A stretch of 64,000 bases of DNA, from assembly GCA_902618385.1 (NCBI GenBank), contig CACNAF010000004.1, forward strand, positions 762-64,761, read 5' to 3'. Below are positions 19,303-30,011 of this stretch, one piece after another. Within the stretch, counting starts at the first letter, position 1; each line of letters opens with the position of its first letter. A program made the translations under genes and the position numbers. The stretch is from an uncultured Alphaproteobacteria bacterium (GTDB lineage: Bacteria > Pseudomonadota > Alphaproteobacteria > HIMB59 > GCA-002718135). The notes under the pieces were generated by a model. It worked only from the letters and a program-made list of their open reading frames with translations. It was not told where the DNA came from and did no database searches.

Positions 19303-19980
19303 TTACTTAGATTCTTTATTTTCTTCTTTATTATCAGAAGATTCTTCCTTCTTTTCCTCTGATTTTTCTTCACCACCCTCTGTTGCACCCTCTTCAGTTG
19401 TTTCTTCAGTTTTAGTTTCAACTTCTACAGTTGGTGGAACTAAGGTAGCTATTACGAAATCTCTATCTGTAATAGTAGGAGCAACTCCATCAGGTAGTTG
19501 AATATTACTAATCTTAACTGCGTCACCTATTTCACTTTCAATTAGATCAAATTCAAGTTTGCTAGGTATATTATTTGCATTACATGTTAGCTCAACAAGT
19601 CTTCTTACAGTATTTAAAACTCCACCTTTTTTCAAACCAGGACATTTATCTTGATTTAAAAACTCAACAGGAATTTCAACGTTTACTTTCGTATTTTCCT
19701 GAACTCTTAAAAAATCAAAATGTATAAGTCGATCACTTACAGGATGATATTGTAATTGTTTAGGAAGTATTTTTTCTTTCTTTCCATCAACATCAAGATC
19801 GATAATTGTTGAATAAAAAGAACCAGTACCCATTAATTTTTTGAGTATTTTATCTTCTAGAGCAATCTTCTTAGGCTCAGTTCCCTTGCCATAAATAATA
19901 CCAGGGACCAATCCCTTCATTAAAAGACTATGATTGGAACCAATATCTTTATTTCTTTCTATCGCTTTAAAATCACTCAT
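19303..19980 (-). CDS. rplY: 50S ribosomal protein L25 / general stress protein Ctc
   Basis: 225 aa. L25/Ctc N- and C-domains followed by an acidic/Lys-rich tail. Lies between pth and prs. Confidence 0.85.
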   Translation of the reverse strand: MSDFKAIERNKDIGSNHSLLMKGLVPGIIYGKGTEPKKIALEDKILKKLMGTGSFYSTIIDLDVDGKKEKILPKQLQYHPVSDRLIHFDFLRVQENTKVNVEIPVEFLNQDKCPGLKKGGVLNTVRRLVELTCNANNIPSKLEFDLIESEIGDAVKISNIQLPDGVAPTITDRDFVIATLVPPTVEVETKTEETTEEGATEGGEEKSEEKKEESSDNKEENKESK

Positions 19981-19994
19981 AAAATAAAAAAAAT

Positions 19995-20930
19995 TTAATC
20001 GAAAAGGGCGGACACTGAAGTATCAGTGTTAATCCTTTTAATCGCATCACCCATTAAAGGAGCAATACTAATATGTCTAATGTTTTTTGTGCTTTTTACC
20101 TCTTTAGAAGGCTCTATTGTATCTGTTAATACCAATTCTTTTATGCTTGAATTTTCGATCTTTTTTAGCGCATCTCCAGATAATACACCGTGAACAATAT
20201 AAGAATAAATTTCTTTAGCCCCATTTTTACTCAGAGCTTCAGCAGCGTTGCATAACGTGCCTGCAGAGTCAGCTATATCATCTAGTAAGATACAAGTTTT
20301 ATCTTTTACATCTCCAATGATATTCATTACTTCAGACTCACCAGCTTTTTCTCTTCTTTTATCAGCAATTGCTAGTCCAGCCTCTAACCTTTTAGCAAAA
20401 GCTCTAGCTCTAACAACACCGCCAACATCAGGTGAAGCAACAACTAAATCTTTGTTTCCATTAAACCTTTCTTTAACATCATCGATTATCGGTCTTACAG
20501 AAAAAATATTGTCTAAAGGAATGTCAAAAAAACCTTGAATTTGACCAGCATGTAAATCCATTGTTAATACCCTATCAGCGCCCGCGGATGTAATTAAATT
20601 TGCAACAAGTTTGGCAGTTATTGGTGTTCTAGGCCCAGTCTTTCTATCTTGTCTTGCATATCCATAATAAGGGATAACAGCAGTAATCCTTTTTGCTGAA
20701 CCTCTTCTTGCAGCATCAATTGTAATTAAAAGTTCCATTAAATGATCATTTGCTGGATGTGATGTAGATTGAATAATAAAAACATCTTCACCTCTAATAT
20801 TTTCATTGATTTCGACAAATATTTCTCTGTCGTTAAAAGTTCTGACAGAGGCATCTGCTAATGGCACATCAATATGTTTAGAAATTTTTTCTGCTAGGGA
20901 TTTGCTACTATTACAGGCGATTATCTTCAT
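19995..20930 (-). CDS. prs: Ribose-phosphate pyrophosphokinase
   Basis: 311 aa. [10 protein letters not shown], the PRPP-binding loop [12 protein letters not shown], and [11 protein letters not shown]. Confidence 0.95.
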   Translation of the reverse strand: MKIIACNSSKSLAEKISKHIDVPLADASVRTFNDREIFVEINENIRGEDVFIIQSTSHPANDHLMELLITIDAARRGSAKRITAVIPYYGYARQDRKTGPRTPITAKLVANLITSAGADRVLTMDLHAGQIQGFFDIPLDNIFSVRPIIDDVKERFNGNKDLVVASPDVGGVVRARAFAKRLEAGLAIADKRREKAGESEVMNIIGDVKDKTCILLDDIADSAGTLCNAAEALSKNGAKEIYSYIVHGVLSGDALKKIENSSIKELVLTDTIEPSKEVKSTKNIRHISIAPLMGDAIKRINTDTSVSALFD

Positions 20931-20977
20931 ATAATCAAATTAATCTGTATATTAGAATAATAATAGATCAACCAAAA

Positions 20978-21742
20978 TTAATCATTAAATGCAATGATAT
21001 TGAGCATTCTTCCAGTATCTCTAAATTTTTGTGACTCCCTTCGATGGCTAAAAAAAACTCTCTTATTTGAGAAGGTATCTTTGTTAATATTATATATATT
21101 TTTAATACCCAATTCCTTAAATTGATAGTTAATCAATCTTCTTAAATTAAATAAATCTTTGTCTTTATTTTTGTGTTTGAAGAAAATAGAATATTTTTTA
21201 TTTTTACTTATAAACTTACTTTTAAAGTCTTTTGAAACTTCAAAGTTTTTAAAGCTCAAACAAGGACCAATAAGAACCACAATATTTTTTTTAGTTATTT
21301 TTTTTTTAACAAAATATTCTATACTTTTAGCAGCTATATTCTTTAATCCCCCCTTCCAACCTGAATGAAGAGCGCAAATATATTTTTTATTTTTATCAAA
21401 AATAAAAATTGGACAGCAATCTGCAGTTAAAACCCCTAGCGCTATTTGCTTGTTGCTTGTTATTAATCCATCTCCAGAATATTTATTACCTATATTTTTT
21501 TTATTAATTTCTACAATTTTGTTGGAATGTATTTGACTAATAAATTTAATTTTTTTTTTAATATTTAAATTTTTAAGACAGATATTAATATTTTTATTTA
21601 CATTTGCTTTAGTATCTTTGTGGTTTAAGCTACAGTTTAATGAATAGTTTTCTTTTTTTGATACTCCACCATTTCTAGTAAAAAAACCAGCTCTAACAAA
21701 AGTCTCAATTTTTTTATGTGTAAAATAATTTTTAGTAATCAT
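20978..21742 (-). CDS. pgeF: YfiH/PgeF (laccase-domain, purine nucleoside phosphorylase/peptidoglycan editing factor) family protein
   Basis: 254 aa. LTADCCPIF...ALHSGWKG motif pair characteristic of the DUF152/YfiH family. Confidence 0.75.
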   Translation of the reverse strand: MITKNYFTHKKIETFVRAGFFTRNGGVSKKENYSLNCSLNHKDTKANVNKNINICLKNLNIKKKIKFISQIHSNKIVEINKKNIGNKYSGDGLITSNKQIALGVLTADCCPIFIFDKNKKYICALHSGWKGGLKNIAAKSIEYFVKKKITKKNIVVLIGPCLSFKNFEVSKDFKSKFISKNKKYSIFFKHKNKDKDLFNLRRLINYQFKELGIKNIYNINKDTFSNKRVFFSHRRESQKFRDTGRMLNIIAFND

Positions 21743-22791
21743 AAGTTAGAAACAACAAGACACTTAAATAAGTTTCCCATCCTATCAACATTAATTAATC
21801 TATCCACTTCTTCATCTAATAAATTTTTATTTAATCTTGAATTTTTAGTTAACAATTTTTTCTTTCGTTCTAATATTCCATATTTTATTAAAAAATCTCT
21901 TTGTGAAATAAATTCGTTAATTTGTAATTTGTGTTGTTTTGCTATTTCAATTAATTCATTGAAATTTACATGACTTGAAATGTCTTGTTGACCTATGTTT
22001 TCAAATATACTGGTTTTTTTATGATTATATATTGCTTGCAATGTAAAGTTTTTTATTTTCTTATTATATCCATAATCAATTAAAATACATATACCTCTAT
22101 TTTTTTTGAGATATCTACAAATTTCCTTAAAATATTTATTTCTTGAATTAGAAACTTCATAAATTTTTTGTTTTTTGTACATACTTAAATAATCTAGTAT
22201 TTTTTTACTAGTTACTCGTTTATTTATAGAATAATATTTATTTTCATTTTCATTAAATTTTACATATTTTTCAAACCAATGATTATTATCATTTAAAAAT
22301 TGCCTTACAGGAAAACAATCAAAAAATTCATTTGAATAAATTATTGAAGGCAGTTTAGATTTGAAATTTAAAGCTTTTGACCATCTAATTTTTGATTGTT
22401 TAAAATAATTTAAATTTTTTTCTTGTAGTTTTCTTAGTTCTTTATTTATTTCTATAAAATTAACATAAGCATTTTCAAAAAAATTTGGAAGTATCTTTGC
22501 AGTTCTTGCAATATCTTTAAATAATGTGCCATTTCCTGGACCCAATTCAATTAAATTAAATTTCGAGTTAATTTTTTGTTTCCAATGATAAAGTAAATAC
22601 ACACCAATAATTTCTCCAAACATTTGTGAAATTTCTGGAGATGTAACAAAGTCAAATTTTCTTCCTATTGGTTTTTTGCTTAAGTAATAACCATTTCTTT
22701 TGTATAGAATCAAGTCAATAAATTTATCTAAACGCAAATTTTTTTTATTGTTAAGTAGTTTTTTTATATTAATTTCTCTTTTGCTTAACAT
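21739..22791 (-). CDS. Class I SAM-dependent methyltransferase, DUF185/MidA (NDUFAF7-like) family
   Basis: 350 aa. FVTSPEISQMFGE and ELGPGNGTLFKDI motifs of the MidA family. The lgt-adjacent arrangement is common in alphaproteobacteria. Confidence 0.7.
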   Translation of the reverse strand: MLSKREINIKKLLNNKKNLRLDKFIDLILYKRNGYYLSKKPIGRKFDFVTSPEISQMFGEIIGVYLLYHWKQKINSKFNLIELGPGNGTLFKDIARTAKILPNFFENAYVNFIEINKELRKLQEKNLNYFKQSKIRWSKALNFKSKLPSIIYSNEFFDCFPVRQFLNDNNHWFEKYVKFNENENKYYSINKRVTSKKILDYLSMYKKQKIYEVSNSRNKYFKEICRYLKKNRGICILIDYGYNKKIKNFTLQAIYNHKKTSIFENIGQQDISSHVNFNELIEIAKQHKLQINEFISQRDFLIKYGILERKKKLLTKNSRLNKNLLDEEVDRLINVDRMGNLFKCLVVSNL

Positions 22792-23560
22792 TTTGAATTA
22801 TCAATATTCCAAAAATAAAAAAAGGTATACATAGTATTTGACCCATGGAAATAAAATTAAAAAATAATCCTAGGTGCAAATCTGGTTCTCTGACGTATTC
22901 AATTAAAAATCTAAATATGGAATAAAATATTAAAAAAAGACCACTAATTTCTCCATAAATTTTGTATTTTTTTATCTTATAAAAATAGATTAATAATATG
23001 AGAAATAAAATAATTCCCTCAAGAAAAGCTTCATATATTTGAGAGGGATGCCTTGGTATATTATCTATTGATGGATAAATAACTGAAATATAAAAATCAG
23101 TTGGTCTACCTATTAGTTCTGTATTAATAAAGTTTGCAATTCTACCAAAGAACAATCCAATAGGAGCAACGATTGAAACTAAATCAGATAAGTAGAAAAA
23201 ACTTTTTCCATTAATTTTTGCAAATATTAAAGTACTTATTATTATACCCGTCAACCCACCATGAAATGACATTCCTCCATTCCAAATTTCAAATAGATAA
23301 AAAGGATTAGTTAAAAATTCATTAAGTTGATAAAAAATAACATAACCAGTTCGTCCTCCGATAATTATACCTAATACTGCCCAAATAAGAAAGCTATCTA
23401 TATTTTTATTAGTGTATTGATTTCCATAAATTTTGTTTAATCTTTTAATAATATAAATTCCTAATAGAAACCCAAAGATATATGCTAAACTGTACCATCT
23501 TATCTCAATGAAACCTATTGATAAGATGACAGGATCTATTGATGGTTGAATAAAATTCAT
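22769..23560 (-). CDS. lgt: Prolipoprotein diacylglyceryl transferase
   Basis: 263 aa membrane protein. IRWYSLAY, GGMSFHGGL, GRIANFIN.E..G and HPSQIYE motifs. Confidence 0.92.
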   Translation of the reverse strand: MNFIQPSIDPVILSIGFIEIRWYSLAYIFGFLLGIYIIKRLNKIYGNQYTNKNIDSFLIWAVLGIIIGGRTGYVIFYQLNEFLTNPFYLFEIWNGGMSFHGGLTGIIISTLIFAKINGKSFFYLSDLVSIVAPIGLFFGRIANFINTELIGRPTDFYISVIYPSIDNIPRHPSQIYEAFLEGIILFLILLIYFYKIKKYKIYGEISGLFLIFYSIFRFLIEYVREPDLHLGLFFNFISMGQILCIPFFIFGILIIQNVKQKRN

Positions 23561-23583
23561 TTATCTATATTTAATATTATAAC

Positions 23584-23874
23584 ATGGTTGATAGAAACAA
23601 AATACTTTCTGATTTATCAAAATTTGCAGTTGATGCTATGAGCACTTTTTCAGGCGTTAAAGAAGAGATTGAAACAATTGTATCTTTACGAGTTAATAAA
23701 ATAATAAAAAAAATGAATCTTGTTAAAAAAGATGAATTTGATGCACTGAAAAAAATGGTGCAAAAAGTAATGATGGAAAATGAAAAATTTAGAAAAACAT
23801 CTTCAAGAGCAGTAAAATCTAAGAAAAAAACTGTTAAAAAGAAAAAAACTATTAAAAAGAAATCAAAAAGGTAG
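23584..23874 (+). CDS. ubiK: UbiK/BMFP-family accessory factor (coiled coil) with a Lys-rich tail
   Basis: 96 aa. Central ...LVKKDEFDALKKMVQKV... heptad region resembles the BMFP/UbiK family. Family call from memory. Confidence 0.5.
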   Translation: MVDRNKILSDLSKFAVDAMSTFSGVKEEIETIVSLRVNKIIKKMNLVKKDEFDALKKMVQKVMMENEKFRKTSSRAVKSKKKTVKKKKTIKKKSKR

Positions 23875-23982
23875 GAATCCTCAACTAATTCACAATTTTT
23901 TTAGATTTTAACTTGCAAAATACGAGTTCAATCTAGTAATCAAGATATAGTACTAATTATATGTGTCATTACTATATAGTGT

Positions 23983-24471
23983 ATGGAAAATGAGAATATA
24001 TTGTTAAATCCTATAGATATCATTGAAGATGTTATTCATCAAAAAAAATGGAATTTTAGTAGAGCTGCCGATCATGAATTGGTTGCTGAGATAGCATCCC
24101 ATTGGTGCGCTTACAGATTATATTTCACTTGGTCAGAAAATATTAACGCGCTAAGTTTTTCAATAACTTTTGATATTAAGTTTCCTGAAACTAAACTCAA
24201 TAAGGCGTACGAACTACTAGGACTTATAAATGAGAATTTATGGATTGGGCATTTTGATATAACAAGTAAAAATGGTATTCCAGCTTTTAGACATACTTTA
24301 TTATCAAATAATTCAACAGAAACATTACACAAAAAATTTGAAGATCTTGTTGATATTGGAATTTATGAATGTGAAAAATTTTATCCAAGTTTTCAGCAAG
24401 TTCTCTTTGACGATATTCCTCCTAAAGAAGCTATAAAATTTTCTAATTTTGAAGTTATTGGTAGAGCTTAA
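23983..24471 (+). CDS. YbjN-domain (putative sensory transduction/chaperone-like) protein
   Basis: 162 aa. Its position immediately upstream of proC, and general resemblance to the alphaproteobacterial YbjN family, support the call. Weak motif support. Confidence 0.45.
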   Translation: MENENILLNPIDIIEDVIHQKKWNFSRAADHELVAEIASHWCAYRLYFTWSENINALSFSITFDIKFPETKLNKAYELLGLINENLWIGHFDITSKNGIPAFRHTLLSNNSTETLHKKFEDLVDIGIYECEKFYPSFQQVLFDDIPPKEAIKFSNFEVIGRA

Positions 24472-24503
24472 TTTTTATAATAAAACTGCTATATTATAGA
24501 TAG

Positions 24504-25319
24504 ATGAAAAATATCTTATTAATTGGATGTGGTCATATGGGAGGATCTTTAATGTCTGGATGGTCCAATTTTAAGAATTACACCATCAGTGTTATAGATA
24601 AAAAAAAATATTCAATTCTTAAAAATAGAAATAGAAATAAGAAAATAAAATTCTTTAAATCAATTGATGATATTAGTAATCAAAATAATTTTGATTATAT
24701 CATATTTGCAACTCGACCTCTTGAATTAAATAATGTCTTTAAAGAATTAAAAAATGCAAATTTTAATAAAAAATCTATAGCAATAAGTGTAATAGCTGGC
24801 AAAAAAACAGAAATTTTTAAAAAAAATTTATTAAATATTAGCAAAATTGTAAGAGTAATGCCAAACATGCCCGCTTTAATAGGAGAGGGTGTTCATTGTA
24901 TATATACGAATAAATCTATTAATAAAAAAGAAATAAAAGAGATTGATAAATTGTTCTCTTTGAGCGGCAAAACTCTTTTTTTTAATAGCGAAACTTTTAT
25001 AGACAAAGCAACAGCAGTATCAGGGAGTGGTCCAGGTTTCATATTTCAATTAATTGATATTATGGAAAAATCTGCAATTAATTTAGGTTTTTCCAAAAAC
25101 ACAGCTAAAATTTTAATTAATGAAACTTTTAGAGGTTCTTTAAATCTACTAAACTCTAATAATATTTCTGCTGAAAAAATGGTTGAAACTGTTGCAACTA
25201 GAGGTGGCACAACCGAAGCAGGAATCAAGAAAATGAAAATAAATAAGGTTGATAATATCTTTAATCAAGTTTTTAAGGCAGCATATACAAGAGCAAAACA
25301 ACAAGGTGAAGGTAAGTGA
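24504..25319 (+). CDS. proC: Pyrroline-5-carboxylate reductase
   Basis: 271 aa. N-terminal Rossmann motif (LIGCGHMGGSL), RVMPNMPALIGEG, and C-terminal TRGGTTEAGI. Confidence 0.87.
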   Translation: MKNILLIGCGHMGGSLMSGWSNFKNYTISVIDKKKYSILKNRNRNKKIKFFKSIDDISNQNNFDYIIFATRPLELNNVFKELKNANFNKKSIAISVIAGKKTEIFKKNLLNISKIVRVMPNMPALIGEGVHCIYTNKSINKKEIKEIDKLFSLSGKTLFFNSETFIDKATAVSGSGPGFIFQLIDIMEKSAINLGFSKNTAKILINETFRGSLNLLNSNNISAEKMVETVATRGGTTEAGIKKMKINKVDNIFNQVFKAAYTRAKQQGEGK

Positions 25320-25852
25320 ATAAAAATAAAATATCTCTAGCAAAAAAAACTTTACAATATTTAGAGAAAAAAAAATTAAGAGACATTAATCTTAAAAATT
25401 TTTTATCTAATACTAAAGTGCCAAATATGAATAACAAAATTGATTTAATTTTAAATATTAATGACTTCTTTGATTTTCAGTTAAAAAAAAATCTTGCTAA
25501 TATAGAAAAGTCATCACAGAGAGATATGTTGTTTGAAATAATGATGGCACGTTATGATATATTGAATGAATACAGAACTTCTGTGAAAAATATAATTAAT
25601 CAATTTATGTCTAGACCACAAGGAGTATTAAAACTTATTCCTAAATTAATTGAGAGTAAAATTTTAATTGCTACTTTTGCAAATATTAATCCTAGTGGTG
25701 TTCAGGGTGTTATAAAAATAAAAATTATTTTTGCTCTTTATTATATAACTCTATTTACTTGGTTTAATGATGAAAATGAAAGTTTAGAAAAAACTATGAG
25801 TGCCTTGGATAAATATTTAAACACTATTGAAAAAGTTATAAAATTTTCATGA
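25316..25852 (+). CDS. COQ9-like / rpsU-divergently-transcribed family protein (tentative)
   Basis: 178 aa helical protein. The C-terminal region (DMLFEIMMARYD...LFTWFNDENESLEKTMSALDKYL) resembles the alphaproteobacterial COQ9 family. Low certainty. Confidence 0.4.
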   Translation: MNKNKISLAKKTLQYLEKKKLRDINLKNFLSNTKVPNMNNKIDLILNINDFFDFQLKKNLANIEKSSQRDMLFEIMMARYDILNEYRTSVKNIINQFMSRPQGVLKLIPKLIESKILIATFANINPSGVQGVIKIKIIFALYYITLFTWFNDENESLEKTMSALDKYLNTIEKVIKFS

Positions 25853-26196
25853 ACTGTCATAATTTTATAAATTACAAAGAATTTGAAGATGTAGATATAA
25901 GAATAGGAACAGTAATTGAAGCCTATGAATATAATGAACTTAAAAAACCATCCATAATTTTGAAAATAGATTTTGGTGAAAAAATTGGTATAAAAAAAAC
26001 CTCTGCACAATTACAAAAATATTATAAAAGTGATAAATTAATTAATAAACAAGTTATTGCTGTTGTAAATTTTAAACCCAAACAAATTGGTAAAATTATT
26101 TCAGAAGTATTAGTTCTTGGTGTGCCAGATTTAGAAAATGAACCAGTTTTATTGTCTCCGGATAAACCGGTAAATAATGGTGGTAAATTATTTTAA
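25849..26196 (+). CDS. csaA: tRNA-binding (EMAP/CsaA-type OB-fold) protein
   Basis: 115 aa. F..VDIRIGTVIEA...L.IDFGE..G.K.TSAQL...VVAVVNF.PKQIG...SEVLVLG pattern of CsaA/tRNA_bind. Confidence 0.7.
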   Translation: MNCHNFINYKEFEDVDIRIGTVIEAYEYNELKKPSIILKIDFGEKIGIKKTSAQLQKYYKSDKLINKQVIAVVNFKPKQIGKIISEVLVLGVPDLENEPVLLSPDKPVNNGGKLF

Positions 26197-26198
26197 AA

Positions 26199-27491
26199 TC
26201 AAAGAGGAAGTAAAACTTTAAGCTGAAGACCTCCTAGATTTGAGTCAGATAACTTAACATCACCTCCATGTGATCTAATAATATCTCTTGTAATAGTTAA
26301 TCCCAAACCACTTTCTCCTTTAAGTTTGTTCCTGGAGGGATCTAAAGTAAAAAATGGTTTAAATACATCTTCATATTTATCTCTTGGTATACCCTCACCA
26401 TTATCATTAAATTCAATGACACAATCTTTTTCATTTGTATAAAGAATTATTTCAATTTTTTTTGCATATCTTTTTGAATTGTCAATTATGTTATTGAAAG
26501 CTCTTTTAAGTTGGATCTGTCTGCCAGAAGTTTGAATAGTTTCTTTCTCTTTTATACTTAAGTCAACACCATCGTTTTCAACAGTTTTAACTATATCGCC
26601 AATTAATTCATTTATTATAATTGTTTCAATTGGTTCAGGTGATTCTGTTTTTACAAAACTAACATAACTATCTAACATTGAAGTCATTTCATTAATATCT
26701 ACTTCTAGTTCAGATTTTGCTTTCTCATCTTTCATCAATGAAATTTGTAATTTCATTCGCGTTAAAGGAGTTCTGAGATCATGACTAACACCAGCTAGCA
26801 TTTCTGTTCTTTGTTTTAAAAATCTTTTAATTCTTGTTCTCATTTGATTAAAGGCATTAGCTGTTTGTCTTATTTCATATGCTCCAGCAGACTTAATATC
26901 TGGAGCATCTAAACCTCGTCCAAATGTTTCAGCAATTATCGCAAGTCTTTTAAGTGGTCTTAATTGTCTACTCATCAAAAAATAAGACATAAAAAAAAGA
27001 ATTATAGAAGCAAAAATCATCCAAAGAAGGAAGACAAAAGCTGATTCACTGTAAAGCCTATCTTTATTTACATTAATTTCTAAAATATTTTCATCAATTT
27101 GAATATATATTAAAACACCTTCTTCAATATTAGATAGATCATAATCAAATTTTTTTTTCAAATTACTTAAGGATTGATTCAATCTATTTGATAATATTCC
27201 TGAGTTTAGATTAAATTTTGAAGATAATAATTGTTTATCATAAATAATATTGATTTTCATTTTAAAATCCTGATTTGCGATATCAATTGCATTATTAGTA
27301 AGATCATTATCAATTAATTTAACTAAAACATTGATATCTGCAGCTACAGATTCAGTTAATCTTTTAGAAATAATACTCCATGAAGTTTGATAGAACACAA
27401 TTGAAGTTAGTAAAACTATTATAATTATAGGCACAAATATGATAATTATTGATCTTCCAATCAAAGTTGAAGGTATTATTTTTCTAATCAT
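26199..27491 (-). CDS. Sensor histidine kinase (EnvZ-like, HAMP + HisKA + HATPase)
   Basis: 430 aa. Two TM segments, H-box GVSHDLRTPLT, and N/G boxes (NIIDNSKRYA, DNGEGI, GLGLTI). Confidence 0.88.
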   Translation of the reverse strand: MIRKIIPSTLIGRSIIIIFVPIIIIVLLTSIVFYQTSWSIISKRLTESVAADINVLVKLIDNDLTNNAIDIANQDFKMKINIIYDKQLLSSKFNLNSGILSNRLNQSLSNLKKKFDYDLSNIEEGVLIYIQIDENILEINVNKDRLYSESAFVFLLWMIFASIILFFMSYFLMSRQLRPLKRLAIIAETFGRGLDAPDIKSAGAYEIRQTANAFNQMRTRIKRFLKQRTEMLAGVSHDLRTPLTRMKLQISLMKDEKAKSELEVDINEMTSMLDSYVSFVKTESPEPIETIIINELIGDIVKTVENDGVDLSIKEKETIQTSGRQIQLKRAFNNIIDNSKRYAKKIEIILYTNEKDCVIEFNDNGEGIPRDKYEDVFKPFFTLDPSRNKLKGESGLGLTITRDIIRSHGGDVKLSDSNLGGLQLKVLLPL

Positions 27492-28171
27492 TAAATTTCA
27501 TTACAAATTAACTTATATCCTTTTCCCCTTATAGTCTTAATAAATTGAGGTTGTTTTGCATTTGTTTCAATTTTTTGTCTTAAACGTGTAACTTGAACAT
27601 CTACTCTCCTAAGTTCAGTTTCATCAAATTCCTGATCCGCCAATTCTTCTCTTAAAACAATATCATTTCTTTTATTTATTAATTTAACAAGTAAATTATT
27701 CTCTCCTTCAGTTAAATAAATCAATTTATCATTTTTTTGTAATTTATAGTCGGATGTATCAAAAGTAAATTCACCAAAAGAAATTTTAATTTTTTCATTT
27801 TTTAGGTTTTCAAATAAATTTAATAATTTTTTAATCCTTAAAAATAATTCCTCTGGTTCAAATGGTTTCGATAGATAGTCATCAGCACCAATTTTTAAAC
27901 CATCAATTTTATCTTTATCCTCACCCATTGCTGTAAGCATTATTACTGGCGTACTAGAGAATTTTTTTATTTTCTCAATAAGTTCAATACCATCACCACT
28001 TGGCATCATTCTGTCAAGTATAATTAAATCAAATATAGCAATTGATAATATCTCTGTTGCTTCATCATAATCTTCACTTTGGTAAATTTTAAAATTTTTT
28101 TCTGTTAAATAGTCTTTTAACAGTTCCCTCAATCTTTTATCATCATCAACAATCAAGATATTTTTATTCAT
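27491..28171 (-). CDS. OmpR-family response regulator
   Basis: 226 aa. Receiver domain (ILIVDDD...DLIILDRMMP...LTAMG...K) plus winged-helix output (TIRGKGYKL). Its stop overlaps the kinase start. Confidence 0.9.
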   Translation of the reverse strand: MNKNILIVDDDKRLRELLKDYLTEKNFKIYQSEDYDEATEILSIAIFDLIILDRMMPSGDGIELIEKIKKFSSTPVIMLTAMGEDKDKIDGLKIGADDYLSKPFEPEELFLRIKKLLNLFENLKNEKIKISFGEFTFDTSDYKLQKNDKLIYLTEGENNLLVKLINKRNDIVLREELADQEFDETELRRVDVQVTRLRQKIETNAKQPQFIKTIRGKGYKLICNEI

Positions 28172-28173
28172 TA

Positions 28174-28659
28174 TTATCTATTTATTTCATCAAACTTTTC
28201 TTTGTTTTTATCATCGACCATCTCATACAGTATTTTTTTAAAACCATTTATGTCCATTTCATTGAATTTTAATAAAACATTACGTATTTTTTTTATTTGA
28301 ATTTCAGATAATCTTTTCTCTAATTCTTGACCTTTTTTTGAAAGTATTAATTTCTTAGTACGTTTATCTTCACCAACAGATAATATAATATATTTTTCGT
28401 TTACAAGTTGGTTCAACACTCTAGACAAACTTTGTTTAGTAATTTTTAAAATTGAAAGAAGTTCCTTAATTGTAAGATTTTTTTGCTTTCCAACAAAATA
28501 TATCACTCTATGATGCGCTCTACCAAAATTTATTTTTTCCAAAACCTTATCAGGACCTTCTGTAAAATCTCTATATGAGAAAAATAATAGTTCTATAATC
28601 TTTCTAATTTCCTCCTCATTTAAAAAAAGAGGAGTTAACAACTTATTTAGGTCAGCCAT
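28174..28659 (-). CDS. MarR-family transcriptional regulator
   Basis: 161 aa. Winged HTH (LTIKELLSILKITKQSLSRVLNQLVNEKYI...DKRTKKLILSKKG). First gene of the MarR-RR-HK operon. Confidence 0.75.
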   Translation of the reverse strand: MADLNKLLTPLFLNEEEIRKIIELLFFSYRDFTEGPDKVLEKINFGRAHHRVIYFVGKQKNLTIKELLSILKITKQSLSRVLNQLVNEKYIILSVGEDKRTKKLILSKKGQELEKRLSEIQIKKIRNVLLKFNEMDINGFKKILYEMVDDKNKEKFDEINR

Positions 28660-28717
28660 ATTGACTTAATTATGCATCACTGATAGTCAATTGTCATTAA
28701 AAAAAATAATAAGGAAT

Positions 28718-29602
28718 ATGCTTAAATCATTTGAAAATAGGAATGGATGGATTTGGATGAATGGGAAAATAATTCCATGGAAGGATGCAAATTCCCATAT
28801 AATCTCACAAGGTCTTCATTATGCAAGTGCAGTGTTTGAAGGGGAAAGAGCCTATAATGGTAAGATTTTTAAATCAGAGGAACATACTAAAAGGTTCTTT
28901 AAATCTGCTGAAATAATTGGAATGGAAATTCCTTTCACACATGATCAGATTAATAAAGCAAAATATGAACTTATTGATAAAATGAATTATAAAAATTGTT
29001 ATGTAAGACCACTTGCTTGGAGAGGTGGTGATCAAATGGGGTTATCCACTGGTAAATCGAATATCAATGTAGCTATTGCTGTTTGGGATGATTGGGCAAC
29101 TTATTTTAAAATTGAAGATCAAAAAGCAGGATTGAGATTAATCACATCTCCTTGGAAAAGACCTGCACCAGATACTGCTCCATATGAAGCAAAAGCTTCT
29201 GGACCCTATATTATTTGTACTCTGTCAAAAGAATTTGCAGAAAAAAAAGGCTATCACGATGCCTTAATGCTAGATTACAGAGGTTATGTTGCTGAAGGAA
29301 CAGGAGCAAATATTTTTTTTATTAAGGACAATAATATCCATACTCCTATACCAGATTGTTTTCTTAATGGGATTACACGTCAAACAGTTATTGAAATGGC
29401 AACTAATCAAGGTTTTGAAATAACAGAAAAGCATTTAATGCCTGACGAAATCGGAAATTATGATGAAGCTTTTTTAACGGGAACTGCTGCAGAAATTACC
29501 CCTATTAAATCCATTGACGATTTTAAATATAATACTGGAGATAATACTACTACTTTTAAATTTATGAATGATTTTAGCGATATGGTTAAAAACTCTAGCT
29601 AG
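28718..29602 (+). CDS. ilvE: Branched-chain amino acid aminotransferase (class IV)
   Basis: The track ORF starts at TTG 28691; I prefer ATG 28718, preceded by AAGGA. Motifs LHYASAVFEGERAY, EGTGANIF and GITR. Confidence 0.87.
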   Translation: MLKSFENRNGWIWMNGKIIPWKDANSHIISQGLHYASAVFEGERAYNGKIFKSEEHTKRFFKSAEIIGMEIPFTHDQINKAKYELIDKMNYKNCYVRPLAWRGGDQMGLSTGKSNINVAIAVWDDWATYFKIEDQKAGLRLITSPWKRPAPDTAPYEAKASGPYIICTLSKEFAEKKGYHDALMLDYRGYVAEGTGANIFFIKDNNIHTPIPDCFLNGITRQTVIEMATNQGFEITEKHLMPDEIGNYDEAFLTGTAAEITPIKSIDDFKYNTGDNTTTFKFMNDFSDMVKNSS

Positions 29603-30011
29603 AATTTTCTAGCCATTTATTATCTTTATAATAAAATTCATTTTTCCAGAACGGTGCATCTTTTTTTAAATAATTCATAATAAACTCACAAGCTTCAAAA
29701 CTATTTTTTCTATGTTGTGAAAAACAACATACTAAAACAATTTTTTCATTAACATTTAATTTTCCGTATCTATGAATTATCAAAGTATCAATTAAACTCC
29801 ATCTTTTAGTCGCGTTATTTTCAATTTTTGATAATTCTTTAAATGCCATTTCTTCATAAACTTCTAAGTTTAAATATTTAACGTCTTTATTGTTATTTAA
29901 ATCTCTTACATACCCAACAAAAGAAGTTAATGCCCCTATGTCTGAATGTTTATTTTTAATTTTTTCTATTTCTTCTTCTAAATTAAAATTTTTTTTTTGT
30001 ATTTTTATCAT
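29595..30011 (-). CDS. moaE: Molybdopterin synthase catalytic subunit
   Basis: 138 aa. Family resemblance GA..SFVGYVRD... and C-terminal APFWK.E. Directly follows moaD. Confidence 0.8.
   Translation of the reverse strand: MIKIQKKNFNLEEEIEKIKNKHSDIGALTSFVGYVRDLNNNKDVKYLNLEVYEEMAFKELSKIENNATKRWSLIDTLIIHRYGKLNVNEKIVLVCCFSQHRKNSFEACEFIMNYLKKDAPFWKNEFYYKDNKWLENSS

Noticed and set aside
28660-28691. Inverted repeat ATTGACT...AGTCAAT between the MarR gene and ilvE, as a MarR operator
   Set aside because: The arms are only 7 bp with an 18-nt spacer in AT-rich DNA. It is plausible, but too weak to report as a feature without conservation data.
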